Assembly (NCBI GenBank): GCA_016235595.1 | Contig: JACRJX010000001.1 | Span: 57,848 to 121,847, forward strand | Length of the DNA stretch: 64,000 nucleotides | Direction of reading: 5' to 3' | From: Verrucomicrobiota bacterium | GTDB taxonomy: Bacteria; Verrucomicrobiota; Verrucomicrobiia; CAIQCK01 | In this document: piece after piece, positions 1 to 8,314 of the stretch | Position numbering within the stretch: the first letter of the stretch is position 1 | Layout of the letters: each line of letters opens with the position of its first letter | Translations under genes and position numbers: made by a program | The notes under the pieces: generated by a model | Told to the model about the DNA's origin: nothing | Databases searched by the model: none | What the model saw: the letters and a program-made list of their open reading frames with translations, nothing else

Positions 1-495
1 AAGCCTCTATCGCAGGAGGCCCTCGATCTTCTCTACGACGGCCTCATAATCGAAGTGCATCCGCACCCGAACCAGGCTCAGAGCGACCGCAACCAGCAAA
101 TCACGCCGACGCAACTGCGCAGCCTGTTGGCGAAGCTCAAGCCGAAGAAGGAGCTTGCCGTCGTGCGCGACTACCTCCGTCACATGGCCGAGCTCCGCAA
201 AGAAGTGGACACTCTCGATCACCAGGTTCTGGATGGCCTGAGCCGGCGTATGGAAATCGTGCGGCAGATGAGCCACTACAAGGAAAAATACGGTACCTCC
301 TCCTTCCAGCCGCACCGTTGGAGCGAGATCATCAAGGACCGCACCAGCTACGGCACGGCCCACAACCTCGACCAGGATTTCGTCCTCGACGTGTTCGAGA
401 TGATCCACGAGGAATCGATCCGGCAGCAAGAGCAGGAAAACGCTGTAATTCCGCAGAAAACTGTGGGTCGCAAACGCGGCCAGCGCGTCGGTTGA
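1..495 (+). CDS. 3' part of a bifunctional 3-deoxy-7-phosphoheptulonate (DAHP) synthase / type II chorismate mutase (5' end outside window)
   Basis: Frame 1 is open from nt 1 (KPLSQEALDLLYDGLIIEVHPHPNQAQSDRNQQI). This matches the conserved C-terminal 'EVHP-P--A-SD--Q' block of KDO8P/DAHP-synthase-type enzymes. It continues into an AroQ-like helical chorismate mutase region (LRKEVDTLDHQVLDGLSRRMEIVRQMSHYK...FVLDVFEMIHEESIRQQ). Stop at 493-495. Confidence 0.75.
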   Translation, partial: KPLSQEALDLLYDGLIIEVHPHPNQAQSDRNQQITPTQLRSLLAKLKPKKELAVVRDYLRHMAELRKEVDTLDHQVLDGLSRRMEIVRQMSHYKEKYGTSSFQPHRWSEIIKDRTSYGTAHNLDQDFVLDVFEMIHEESIRQQEQENAVIPQKTVGRKRGQRVG

Positions 496-536
496 ATCGC
501 GGGCCGGCTTGTGGAGAACCGCGTGAAAGACATCCC

Positions 537-2141
537 ATGAAATCATTCTGGTTGGGTGGCTCCGAAACAGTTCGTCATCGATTCCTGGCATTCGCCGTCT
601 GTCTCCTTGGGGCCGCGTCCCTCCCGACGCCTGCTGCAACGGCACAGTCCGCGTCGGCGAAGGGCGACGTGATCTTCGCGGCGGACTTCGAGGGAACCAA
701 CGCGCTGGCGGGCTGGTCTGGAGCGCCGAAACTCGCGGGCGGTTTCCAGAGTGAGCATTCGCTTTGCATCAACCAGACGACAACGACGCAGCGAACCCTG
801 CCGGTGGAGCGCGTGCGCGGCTGTGTATTGAGCTTTTCGGCGATGATCAAGGCTGAGAACGTCAGCGAAAAGCCGAAGCCGTGGAACGGAGTGAAGTTCA
901 TGGCGCCCATCGTCGCGCCCGATGGTAAACAATGGCCCGCAGCATCACTCGACACCGGCTCGTTCGACTGGAAGCGGTACGCGTTCACGGTGCGCGTGCC
1001 CGAGGACGCAACGCAGATGCAGCTATGTCTCGGCCTCGAAGCCGTGACCGGCAAAGTCTGGTTTGATAACGTGCGCGTCGTCGTGCGCCGCCTGCCGCTG
1101 CCGCCGCCGGTCCCGCGCGTAAATGCCGGTCCGGTGTTCAGGGGCCACGACCTGCCACGGCTGCGCGGGGCGATGATCAGGCCGGGCATTGATGCGGCGG
1201 GCCTGCGCACGTTCGGCCAGGAATGGAACGCCAACGTGATTCGCTGGCAACTCACCCGTCACGCGCCGCGCGGCGAGACGTCGTTCACGCTGGCCAACTA
1301 CGACGCATGGCTGGAGAGCGAACTGGCCAAGCTCGACGCCGCGCTGCCGCTTTGCGAGAAATACGGACTGCTAGTGGTCGTGGACCTGCACTCACCACCG
1401 GGCGGGAAGCGCACGGTCAGCGGCTACGTTGGTAGTGATGGCGGGCTGTTTGCCAGCAAGGATGCGCAAGAGAAGTTCATCGAGGTCTGGCAGAAAATGG
1501 CGCGCCGCTACAAGGATTCGAGAGCCGTCTGGGGTTACGACCTCGCCAATGAACCGGTCGAGGATGAAGTGGCCGAGTCGATGGCAGACTGGCAGGAACT
1601 GGCCGGGCGCGCGGCGCGGGCAGTGCGGGCGATTGACCCGAAGCACGCGATCATCGTCGAGCCGGCGCAGTGGGGAAGCCCGAACGGCCTGAAGGAACTG
1701 CGTCCATTAGATATGCCCGGCGTGGTCTATAGCGTCCACATGTATATGCCGCACGAGTTCACGCACCAAGGCGTCCACGACAAATCGGGGAAACAGTGGG
1801 TCTATCCCGGCGAGATCGCCCGCAAGCACTGGGACAAGGCGGCGCTGGAAGCGGCGCTCCGGCCGGTCGTGGAGTTCCAGCAACGCTACGGCGTCCACAT
1901 TTTTATAGGTGAATTCAGCGCCATCCGCTGGGCGCCGGAAGGCAGCGCGTATCGTTACATCAAGGACCTCATCGAAATCTTCGAATCGCACGGCTGGGAC
2001 TGGACCTATCACGCCTTCCGCGAGTGGAGCGGATGGAGCGTCGAGCACGGCGAAGACCGCGCGAACACGAACCCGTCGCCGACGCCAACGGAACGCGAGA
2101 AGCTGCTGCGCGAATGGTTCTCCAAGAACCGCAAGCCGTAG
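537..2141 (+). CDS. Secreted glycoside hydrolase family 5 (cellulase/mannanase-type) with N-terminal carbohydrate-binding-like domain
   Basis: ATG at 537 starts MKSFWLGG...LLGAASLPTPAATAQSA, a signal peptide. A beta-sandwich-like region follows (GKVWFDNVRV). GH5 hallmarks are present: acid/base 'DLANEP' and nucleophile region 'IGEFSAIRW'. The 318 start in the track is an Arg/Pro-rich extension overlapping the upstream gene. Confidence 0.85.
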   Translation: MKSFWLGGSETVRHRFLAFAVCLLGAASLPTPAATAQSASAKGDVIFAADFEGTNALAGWSGAPKLAGGFQSEHSLCINQTTTTQRTLPVERVRGCVLSFSAMIKAENVSEKPKPWNGVKFMAPIVAPDGKQWPAASLDTGSFDWKRYAFTVRVPEDATQMQLCLGLEAVTGKVWFDNVRVVVRRLPLPPPVPRVNAGPVFRGHDLPRLRGAMIRPGIDAAGLRTFGQEWNANVIRWQLTRHAPRGETSFTLANYDAWLESELAKLDAALPLCEKYGLLVVVDLHSPPGGKRTVSGYVGSDGGLFASKDAQEKFIEVWQKMARRYKDSRAVWGYDLANEPVEDEVAESMADWQELAGRAARAVRAIDPKHAIIVEPAQWGSPNGLKELRPLDMPGVVYSVHMYMPHEFTHQGVHDKSGKQWVYPGEIARKHWDKAALEAALRPVVEFQQRYGVHIFIGEFSAIRWAPEGSAYRYIKDLIEIFESHGWDWTYHAFREWSGWSVEHGEDRANTNPSPTPTEREKLLREWFSKNRKP

Positions 2142-2154
2142 CCGTGCAGCGCCG

Positions 2155-3033
2155 TCAGGAATCAACCCCTGGCCGGGTTGCGCAATGTTGGGTCGGGGAT
2201 TCCTTCCGAAAAAGAAGATTTGAGATCCCGAACGTCAGCGCGCCTTTGGGACACGCGGGGATGCACAAACCGCAGGAAGTGCAATCGGGCAACCAACCTT
2301 TTCTTCCTTCAATCAAGGGCTGGAGGGATGGGCACGGCGCGACTTTGAGACAAGTACGGCAGGAGTTGCAGCGTCCCTTGTTGAATCGGATCCCGAGGAT
2401 GGAAAACTTTTCCAGAAGCCAACTGACCCACCCGATGGGGCACACGAGATAACAGTAGGGACGGTAGTAGAACAGCGACGCCAACCCGATCAATCCAAGG
2501 CCAAGAACAACCTCAGTGTAGCTCAGCCGCCAGTGCAGTAACTCGAACGCATTGATGGGGCCGTACAAGTAGCTGCCGTAAATCACCAGTCCCGCAATGT
2601 ATATGACGAACAGATATGTCCGAATCCAGTTCGTGAATGCGAACGACAGGTTTGGTGACTTCTTGAAACCGGGGATACTGTGGAGAATCTCCTGCAACGC
2701 GCCCAACGGACAAGCCCAACCGCAGAACAGTTTCTTTCCAAGGACACTCAGCGCAAGAATCACGGCCAGCGAGATCACCATCACCTGTGGATACACACCG
2801 TGCAGGATGCCTGCCTCCAAAAGCCGCGTGAGCGAACACATGGGGCTTGGATGCATTCCCAAGCCCTGTCCCAACTGCGGGATCCAGACGACGATCACTC
2901 CACCCAGAAGAAAGAAAGCGAGCAGCAGAACGGCATTCCGATTCCAGCGACGGATTCTCCGGCTGAACAGCAAGCCCATTCCCGCGGCGACAAGGGCGTA
3001 ATAAACCAGATACTTCAGCGCGAACAGATGCAT
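2155..3033 (-). CDS. Polytopic membrane 4Fe-4S protein of the NapH/MauN/NosR-like polyferredoxin type
   Basis: Several hydrophobic helices are present. There is a 'CGWACPLGALQE' motif and two ferredoxin motifs near the C-terminus (CNSCRTCLKVAPCP, CTSCGLCIPACP). I prefer the ATG at 3033 because GGGGAGA lies 3 nt upstream; the track start at 3105 is a GTG. Sampled lines are 45-53% GC, lower than the flanks. Confidence 0.75.
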   Translation of the reverse strand: MHLFALKYLVYYALVAAGMGLLFSRRIRRWNRNAVLLLAFFLLGGVIVVWIPQLGQGLGMHPSPMCSLTRLLEAGILHGVYPQVMVISLAVILALSVLGKKLFCGWACPLGALQEILHSIPGFKKSPNLSFAFTNWIRTYLFVIYIAGLVIYGSYLYGPINAFELLHWRLSYTEVVLGLGLIGLASLFYYRPYCYLVCPIGWVSWLLEKFSILGIRFNKGRCNSCRTCLKVAPCPSLQPLIEGRKGWLPDCTSCGLCIPACPKGALTFGISNLLFRKESPTQHCATRPGVDS

Positions 3034-3165
3034 GAGTCTCCCCGTCTGATAGTTGGTGCCGTCTGCCGAGTCAAGCAGGGCATTCGGCGTCCGTGGCAGT
3101 TGCACTCTATCGCGCGTGTGCTAGTCTGCGCCATGACAATGATCGAGAAAGGAACCTGATTCTCT

Positions 3166-3531
3166 ATGAAGAAGCTCATCGTTTTGGTTGTTGCGACACT
3201 TGTCCTGACCGGCCTCAGCGCCAGCTATGCGCAATGCGGCGGTAGTTGTCCGCTGGCCGGGGCTGCCAAGGCTTGCCCATCTGCGTGCGATGCTTGCACG
3301 ACTGCCATGGGAAAGTTGGACCTGACTGCCGAGCAGAAAGCCAAGGTGGCGGCGCTGAAGGGAGAATGCTCGAAGATTGGCTGCCCGCTGACCAGCAGGG
3401 CGAAGTTTTGCGCGGGCTTGAAGGAAATACTCACGCCCCAGCAACTGGCGCAAGTGACGGCTGCGTGCAAGCAGGCCGGCGTCAAGAATTGCCCGCTGAC
3501 ATCGTCGGTTGGCAATTGTAGCGGGCAGTAG
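3166..3531 (+). CDS. Small secreted Cys-rich protein with two LTXXQ motifs (CpxP/Spy/ZraP-like?)
   Basis: Sec signal peptide MKKLIVLVVATLVLTGLSASYA. The 99 mature residues contain 11 Cys. Three C-P-L-(A/T)-(G/S) motifs are present. There is an internal duplication: LTAEQKAKVAALKGECSKIGCPLTS / LTPQQLAQVTAACKQAGVKNCPLTS. Confidence 0.7.
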   Translation: MKKLIVLVVATLVLTGLSASYAQCGGSCPLAGAAKACPSACDACTTAMGKLDLTAEQKAKVAALKGECSKIGCPLTSRAKFCAGLKEILTPQQLAQVTAACKQAGVKNCPLTSSVGNCSGQ

Positions 3532-3640
3532 TTACTTCCTCATTGATGCTTCGAGTCGCCGCGCGCGGCCGGGACTTGATTTATCATGTGTGCCGTAAAC
3601 GGCATGCTCGCGAAGCGTGATCCCATCCCTGGGAGGCAGA

Positions 3641-3670
3641 GATTTTGCCCTCAATGATTTTGCCTTCAAT
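3641..3670. repeat. Tandem 15-nt direct repeat (gattttgccctcaat / gattttgccttcaat) in the promoter region of the 3748 gene
   Basis: Two abutting 15-mers with 14/15 identity, read directly. They lie 78-107 nt upstream of the ATG at 3748. Candidate binding site for a direct-repeat-recognising regulator. Confidence 0.5.
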
Positions 3671-3747
3671 CCGTTGTTCCTGATACAGTTGGCTTCGCGC
3701 GGCGCCATGCTGGCGCTGTCGTTGAAGCAGCAAAAGGAGCCAGACAA

Positions 3748-5214
3748 ATGACCTCTCGCAATGCTCACTGGTTGTCGAAATTCACCGCGATCCTGTGTCT
3801 CCTGACGAGTGGCATTTGGGGGAGTGCGGCTGACGGGCTTGCAGCCAAGACGGATTCTCCTCTCGACATCGGCTCGCGGCGCGAGTTGTTCGTGGATGAT
3901 TTTCTCATCGCAAGCATGACGGGCGCGGAACTGAAGCTGCACAAGCCGGCGCCTCGCGAGGTCGTCCTCGCCTGCGACTCGCCGTGGGAAGGCAACACGT
4001 CCGCCTACTACACGCTCTTTCGCGACAACGACCGCTTCCGCGCCTATTACCGCGGCTGGCACTTCGACCAGAAGACCAAGAAATGGGCGCATCCGGAGTT
4101 CACCTGCTACGCCGAAAGCCGGGACGGCATCAAATGGAAGAAACCGGAGCTGGGCCTGTTCGAATTCAAAGGCTCCAAGCGCAACAACATCATCTGGGTC
4201 GGCGAGGGCACGCACAACTTCACGCCGTTCAGGGATAGCAACGCCGCTTGCGCTCCCGACGCCCGCTACAAGGCGTTGGCCGGCGGCACGACGCTGGTCA
4301 ACGGCAAGAAGAAGAGCTGCCTGAACGCGCTCAAGTCGCCGGATGGGATTCACTGGACATTGATGGCGGGCGGCGTCATCACGGCGGGCGCGTTCGATTC
4401 GCAGAACCTCGCCTTCTGGGACGCCGCGCGCGGCGAGTATCGGGCCTACTGGCGCATCTTCGCCGCCGGCTACACCGATGAACGCGGCTGGAAGCCGGAA
4501 GGCGTGCGCGCCATCCGGACGGCGACGTCGAAGGACTTCATCCACTGGGAAAACCAAGCCGACCTCAAATATGTGGATTCGCCGGCGGAGCATCTTTACA
4601 CAAACGCCGTGTTGCCCTACGGCCGCGCACCGCATTTGTTCGTCGGCTTCCCGACGCGCTTCCAGCCGAAGACCCAGCAAGTGGAGCCGGTCTTCATGAG
4701 CAGCCGCGACGGCGTGCTGTTTCGCCGGTGGCGTGAGGAACTCATCCCGATCACTGCACCGAAGGATCGCGATGGCAACCGCAGCAATTATATGACATGG
4801 GGTCTGCTCCAACACCCCGGCAACAACCGCGAACTGTCCGTCTATGCGACCGAAGCCTACTACACCGGTCCCGGCAGCCGTGTGCGCCGCTTCACCTTCC
4901 GCACCGACGGCTTCGTCTCCGTGTGCGCCGGAAACGAAGGCACACTCATCACCAAACCGCTGCTGTTTGCGGGATCGAAGCTCACGCTGAACATCGCCAG
5001 CAAAGGCAGGACGCGCGTCGAGTTGCAGGACGCCGCCGGCCAGCCGTTGCCCGGCTTCGCCCTTGCCGACTGCGCTCCCATCACCGGTGATTTCATCGAG
5101 CACACTGTGAGGTGGAAGTCGCGCACAGACGTGGGCAAGCTCGCCGGCAAACCCGTGCGGCTGCGGTTCGAGTTGAAAGACGCCGACCTCTATTCGCTGC
5201 GGTTTGCGCGATGA
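3748..5214 (+). CDS. Secreted hypothetical protein, putative beta-propeller glycoside hydrolase-like enzyme
   Basis: Signal peptide (FTAILCLLTSGIWGSAADG). Contains the 'RRELFVDDFLI' and 'SPWEGNTSAYYTLFRDNDRFRAYYRG' pattern I associate with uncharacterised PVC-group hydrolase-like propeller proteins. Coding is clear from length, composition and context. Function is not established. Confidence 0.55.
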   Translation: MTSRNAHWLSKFTAILCLLTSGIWGSAADGLAAKTDSPLDIGSRRELFVDDFLIASMTGAELKLHKPAPREVVLACDSPWEGNTSAYYTLFRDNDRFRAYYRGWHFDQKTKKWAHPEFTCYAESRDGIKWKKPELGLFEFKGSKRNNIIWVGEGTHNFTPFRDSNAACAPDARYKALAGGTTLVNGKKKSCLNALKSPDGIHWTLMAGGVITAGAFDSQNLAFWDAARGEYRAYWRIFAAGYTDERGWKPEGVRAIRTATSKDFIHWENQADLKYVDSPAEHLYTNAVLPYGRAPHLFVGFPTRFQPKTQQVEPVFMSSRDGVLFRRWREELIPITAPKDRDGNRSNYMTWGLLQHPGNNRELSVYATEAYYTGPGSRVRRFTFRTDGFVSVCAGNEGTLITKPLLFAGSKLTLNIASKGRTRVELQDAAGQPLPGFALADCAPITGDFIEHTVRWKSRTDVGKLAGKPVRLRFELKDADLYSLRFAR

Positions 5215-6386
5215 ACCGGAAAGGGCAGATCGTGATGAGAGAACGCAATCTTGTAACGCGGCGGGTGATTTGCCTGCCGCGCCTCTGCTGCTCTCTGCTT
5301 GTCGTCAGCGCGCTCTTCGCCGACAATGCCGCCATGTCGCAGGAACCAACCGACACACAACGCTGGCTCGAACACGCCCCGCTCGCGCCGGACTTCCGCG
5401 TCGCCAAAACGCGCAAGGCTTTCGAGAAACAGCGCGCCGAGGTGCGCACCACGCTCTGGAAACTGCTCGGCAAGCTTCCGCCGCGGCCCAGGGTGCCGAA
5501 AGTAAAGACGCTCTCCCGCGACGACAAGGGCGCGTATTGGCTGGAACGGTTCGAATTCGACAACGGTGCCGGCGCCACGGTGCCCGGCGTGTTGTTGCTG
5601 CCGAAAAAAATCTCCGGCAAAGCGCCCGCGATCCTCTGGAACCACTGGCACGGCGGCCAATACGATCTCGGCAAGACCGCGTTGATGGAGGCCAAATACA
5701 CGCCGGCCGCCTCCGGCCCGACGTTGGCCGGGCGCGGCTACGTGGTGCTCTCGATTGACTCGTATTGTTTCGGCGAGCGCAATGGCCGCGGGGCCGACGG
5801 CCTGAAAGGCGGCGCGGGCGAGATGTCGGCGTCGAAGTTCAACCTCTGGGTTGGCCGCACGCTCTGGGGGATGATCGTCCGCGACGATCTCATGGCGCTC
5901 GATTATCTCTGCTCGCGGCCGGAAGTGGATGCGCGGCGCATCGGCGTCACCGGCATCAGCATGGGCGCGACGCGCACGTGGTGGCTCATGGCCTTGGACG
6001 ACCGTCCCAAAGCCGCCGTGGCCGTCTGCTGCCTGACGCGCTACCGCGACCTCATCGAGTCGCAGATGTTGAAAGCGCACGGCATCTACTACTTCGTGCC
6101 GGGCATGCTCAACCACTTCGATAGCGAGGCGGTCGTCGCGTGCATCGCGCCGCGCGCGTTTCTCTCGCTGGCCGGGGCCGATGACGCCGGCTCGCCGGTG
6201 CCGGGCATCCGGAAAATTGAGACTGCCACCGCTCCCGCGTGGCGGCTCTTCGACAAGACTGACGATTTTCGCAGCGTGATCTATCCCGGCATCGGCCATG
6301 TGTACACGCCAGAGATGTGGCAGGAAATGCTCGGCTGGTTCGACAGCCGGCTCGCGCTCGAATCATCCATCAAATTGAAAAAGTAA
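5211..6386 (+). CDS. Alpha/beta hydrolase (acetyl xylan esterase / dienelactone hydrolase-like)
   Basis: Nucleophile elbow 'GISMGATRTWW', with later D and H candidates ('GADDAGSP', 'GIGHVY'). N-terminal hydrophobic signal (CCSLLVVSALFA). The ATG at 5211 overlaps the upstream TGA (ATGA). An alternative start is at 5235. Confidence 0.8.
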   Translation: MNRKGQIVMRERNLVTRRVICLPRLCCSLLVVSALFADNAAMSQEPTDTQRWLEHAPLAPDFRVAKTRKAFEKQRAEVRTTLWKLLGKLPPRPRVPKVKTLSRDDKGAYWLERFEFDNGAGATVPGVLLLPKKISGKAPAILWNHWHGGQYDLGKTALMEAKYTPAASGPTLAGRGYVVLSIDSYCFGERNGRGADGLKGGAGEMSASKFNLWVGRTLWGMIVRDDLMALDYLCSRPEVDARRIGVTGISMGATRTWWLMALDDRPKAAVAVCCLTRYRDLIESQMLKAHGIYYFVPGMLNHFDSEAVVACIAPRAFLSLAGADDAGSPVPGIRKIETATAPAWRLFDKTDDFRSVIYPGIGHVYTPEMWQEMLGWFDSRLALESSIKLKK

Positions 6387-6401
6387 AACTCATCCACCGC
6401 T

Positions 6402-7520
6402 ATGAAACCTCGTCATCTCATCCCGCTCTCGTGGGCGTTCATGCTCGCGACGTTCAATGTCCAGTCCGCCGCCCCTGCCAAGCCCGCGCCGCCGCCGCCG
6501 CCCGCGCTCGATTGGCACGACGTGACCCAATGGGGCGTCGAAGGCCGGGCGTGGCCGGAGATGGAACGGAAGCGATGGTTCGACCGCCTGCCCGCCGCCG
6601 CCGAGGGCAAGGTGACGCCGGCTGTGTGGAGCCTGAGCCGCGACAGCGCGGGGATGATGGTTCGCTTCAAGACCGACGCGACGGCGATTTGGGCGCATTA
6701 CGTGTTGCGCAGCGAGCGCGTCGCGATGACGCATATGCCGGCGACCGGCGTCAGCGGCGTGGACCTCTACGCCCGCGACGAGCGCGGCAAGTGGCGCTGG
6801 GTGAACGTGACAAAGCCGGACAAGAAGGAAGTCAGGCAGGCCATCCAAGCCGATCTCAAGCCCGGCCTGCGCGAATACGCCGCATACCTGCCGCTCTATA
6901 ACGGCGTCGAGTCGCTGGAAATCGGCGTGACCAAAGGCGCGAAGTTCGAGGGCCTGCCGCCGCGTGCCGCGAAGCCCATCGTCTTCTACGGCACCTCCAT
7001 CACCCACGGCGCGTGCGCGTCCCGGCCCGGCATGGTCCACACCGCCATTCTCGGCCGGCGCTTCGATCAGCCGGTGGTGAACATCGGCTTCTCAGGCAAC
7101 GGCCGGATGGACGCGGCAGTGGGCGAGTTGCTCTGCAAGATAGACGCGGCGGCGTATGTCATTGATTGCTCGCCCAACATGGGTCCCGCCGACGTGCGAA
7201 AGAAGTGTCCCCCGCTGGTGAAGATGCTGCGGGCCGCGCGTCCGCAGACGCCGATTGTGCTCGTCGAGGACCGCCCCTTCACCAACTCATGGATCCGCCC
7301 CGACCGGCAGAAGTTCCACGCGGAGAACCACGCCGCCCTCCGTGAGAGTTACGAGGCGTTGAAGAAGGAAGGCGTCGCGAACCTCTTCTACATCCCGGGC
7401 GACCTTCTCCTCGGCGACGACGCCGAAGGCGCCACCGACGGTTCACATCCAAGCGACCTCGGTTTCGTGCGCCAATCGGACGTGTTCGAGCCCGTGCTGC
7501 GCAAGGCGCTGGGACGATGA
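6402..7520 (+). CDS. SGNH/GDSL-type hydrolase with N-terminal beta-sandwich domain (CE2-like carbohydrate esterase)
   Basis: Signal peptide. Block I 'FYGTSITHGACASRPG'. C-terminal 'DGSHPSDLG' (the D-x-x-H catalytic block of SGNH hydrolases). Confidence 0.8.
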   Translation: MKPRHLIPLSWAFMLATFNVQSAAPAKPAPPPPPALDWHDVTQWGVEGRAWPEMERKRWFDRLPAAAEGKVTPAVWSLSRDSAGMMVRFKTDATAIWAHYVLRSERVAMTHMPATGVSGVDLYARDERGKWRWVNVTKPDKKEVRQAIQADLKPGLREYAAYLPLYNGVESLEIGVTKGAKFEGLPPRAAKPIVFYGTSITHGACASRPGMVHTAILGRRFDQPVVNIGFSGNGRMDAAVGELLCKIDAAAYVIDCSPNMGPADVRKKCPPLVKMLRAARPQTPIVLVEDRPFTNSWIRPDRQKFHAENHAALRESYEALKKEGVANLFYIPGDLLLGDDAEGATDGSHPSDLGFVRQSDVFEPVLRKALGR

Positions 7521-7576
7521 CGTGCCGGGCGTCCGGATTCGTTGACCGGGCCGGAGCGTTCCACTAACTTTCGCTC

Positions 7577-8269
7577 GTGAAGCTGATCGGAAAGATGGCG
7601 GTCGTCATTGCGGTTGCGCTCTCGCCGTTGCTCGCCGACGAAAAGCCAGCCACCCAATCGCCGCCAACACAACCGGCGCCGGTGGCCGTCGGCACGAACG
7701 CGTGGATTCACCTGTTCGACGGCAAAAGCCTCCGCGGCTGGACGCGGACGGATTTTTCCACGCTCGGCGATGTCAGGGTCGAGAACCCGTTTCGCGGCGG
7801 GCCGGGCGCCATCGTTGTGGCGCTGGCCGAGGAGTTGAACGGCGTGACCCGCGCGCGACCCGTGCCGAAGACCGACTACGAAGTCAGCCTCGAAGCAATG
7901 CGGCTCGCGGGCCACGATTTCTTCTGCGGCCTGACGTTTCCCGTCGGCGAGGCGGCGGCGACGTTCGTGGTCGGCGGCTGGAGCGGGTCGGTGGTCGGCA
8001 TCTCGTGCATTGACGGCGCCGACGCGTCGGTGAACGAGACGACGCGCCTGATGGACTTCGACCAGGAGCGCTGGTATCGCATCCGCGTGCGCGTGACGCC
8101 GGCGAAGATCGAATGCTGGATTGACGAGAAGAAGGTGGTGGATGTGGCGCTGGCCGGCCGCAAGATCAGCCTCCGCCCCGGCGAGATCGAACGCTCGCTG
8201 CCATTCGGCCTGGCGGCGTGGCACACCCGCGCTGCGTGGCGTGAAATCCGGCTCCAGCGGTTGCGTTGA
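7577..8269 (+). CDS. DUF1080 (3-keto-disaccharide hydrolase-like) domain protein, secreted
   Basis: 'WIHLFDGKSLRGWT' N-terminal signature, about 200-aa jelly-roll length, signal peptide. GTG start at 7577; ATG alternative at 7595. Confidence 0.75.
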   Translation: MKLIGKMAVVIAVALSPLLADEKPATQSPPTQPAPVAVGTNAWIHLFDGKSLRGWTRTDFSTLGDVRVENPFRGGPGAIVVALAEELNGVTRARPVPKTDYEVSLEAMRLAGHDFFCGLTFPVGEAAATFVVGGWSGSVVGISCIDGADASVNETTRLMDFDQERWYRIRVRVTPAKIECWIDEKKVVDVALAGRKISLRPGEIERSLPFGLAAWHTRAAWREIRLQRLR

Positions 8270-8314
8270 CTGCGGTTGGCCGTTTCATTATCCTGAAGGC
8301 GTTTTGAGGAGGAT

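Noticed and set aside
318-536. N-terminal extensions of track ORFs. Examples: 318-536 for GH5, 11086-11484 for the anti-sigma factor, 15673-15903 for the SDR, 19517-20011 for the giant hydrolase, 41440-41808 for M42, 43065-43109 for pckA, 48759-48827 for GH116, 59989-60771 for TetR, 61089-61403 for the MFP.
   Set aside because: The extensions are compositionally aberrant and overlap neighbouring genes. Internal ATGs give proper signal peptides or conserved N-termini, often with a GGAG-like site upstream.
3532-5103. Many very long ORFs antisense to, or out of frame with, recognisable genes. Examples: 3532-5103(-), 5190-6299(-), 14080-15792(+), 16532-18127(+), 33747-35117(-), 36673-37824(-), 40483-41535(+), 41466-43070(+), 43235-44338(-), 46248-47912(+), 50190-51404(-), 52427-53860(-), 54133-56508(-), 58405-59526(+).
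   Set aside because: They are Arg/Ala/Pro/Gly/His-rich low-complexity translations, typical of non-coding frames in high-GC DNA. Each overlaps a gene on the other strand or frame that has clear family motifs. None has motifs of its own.
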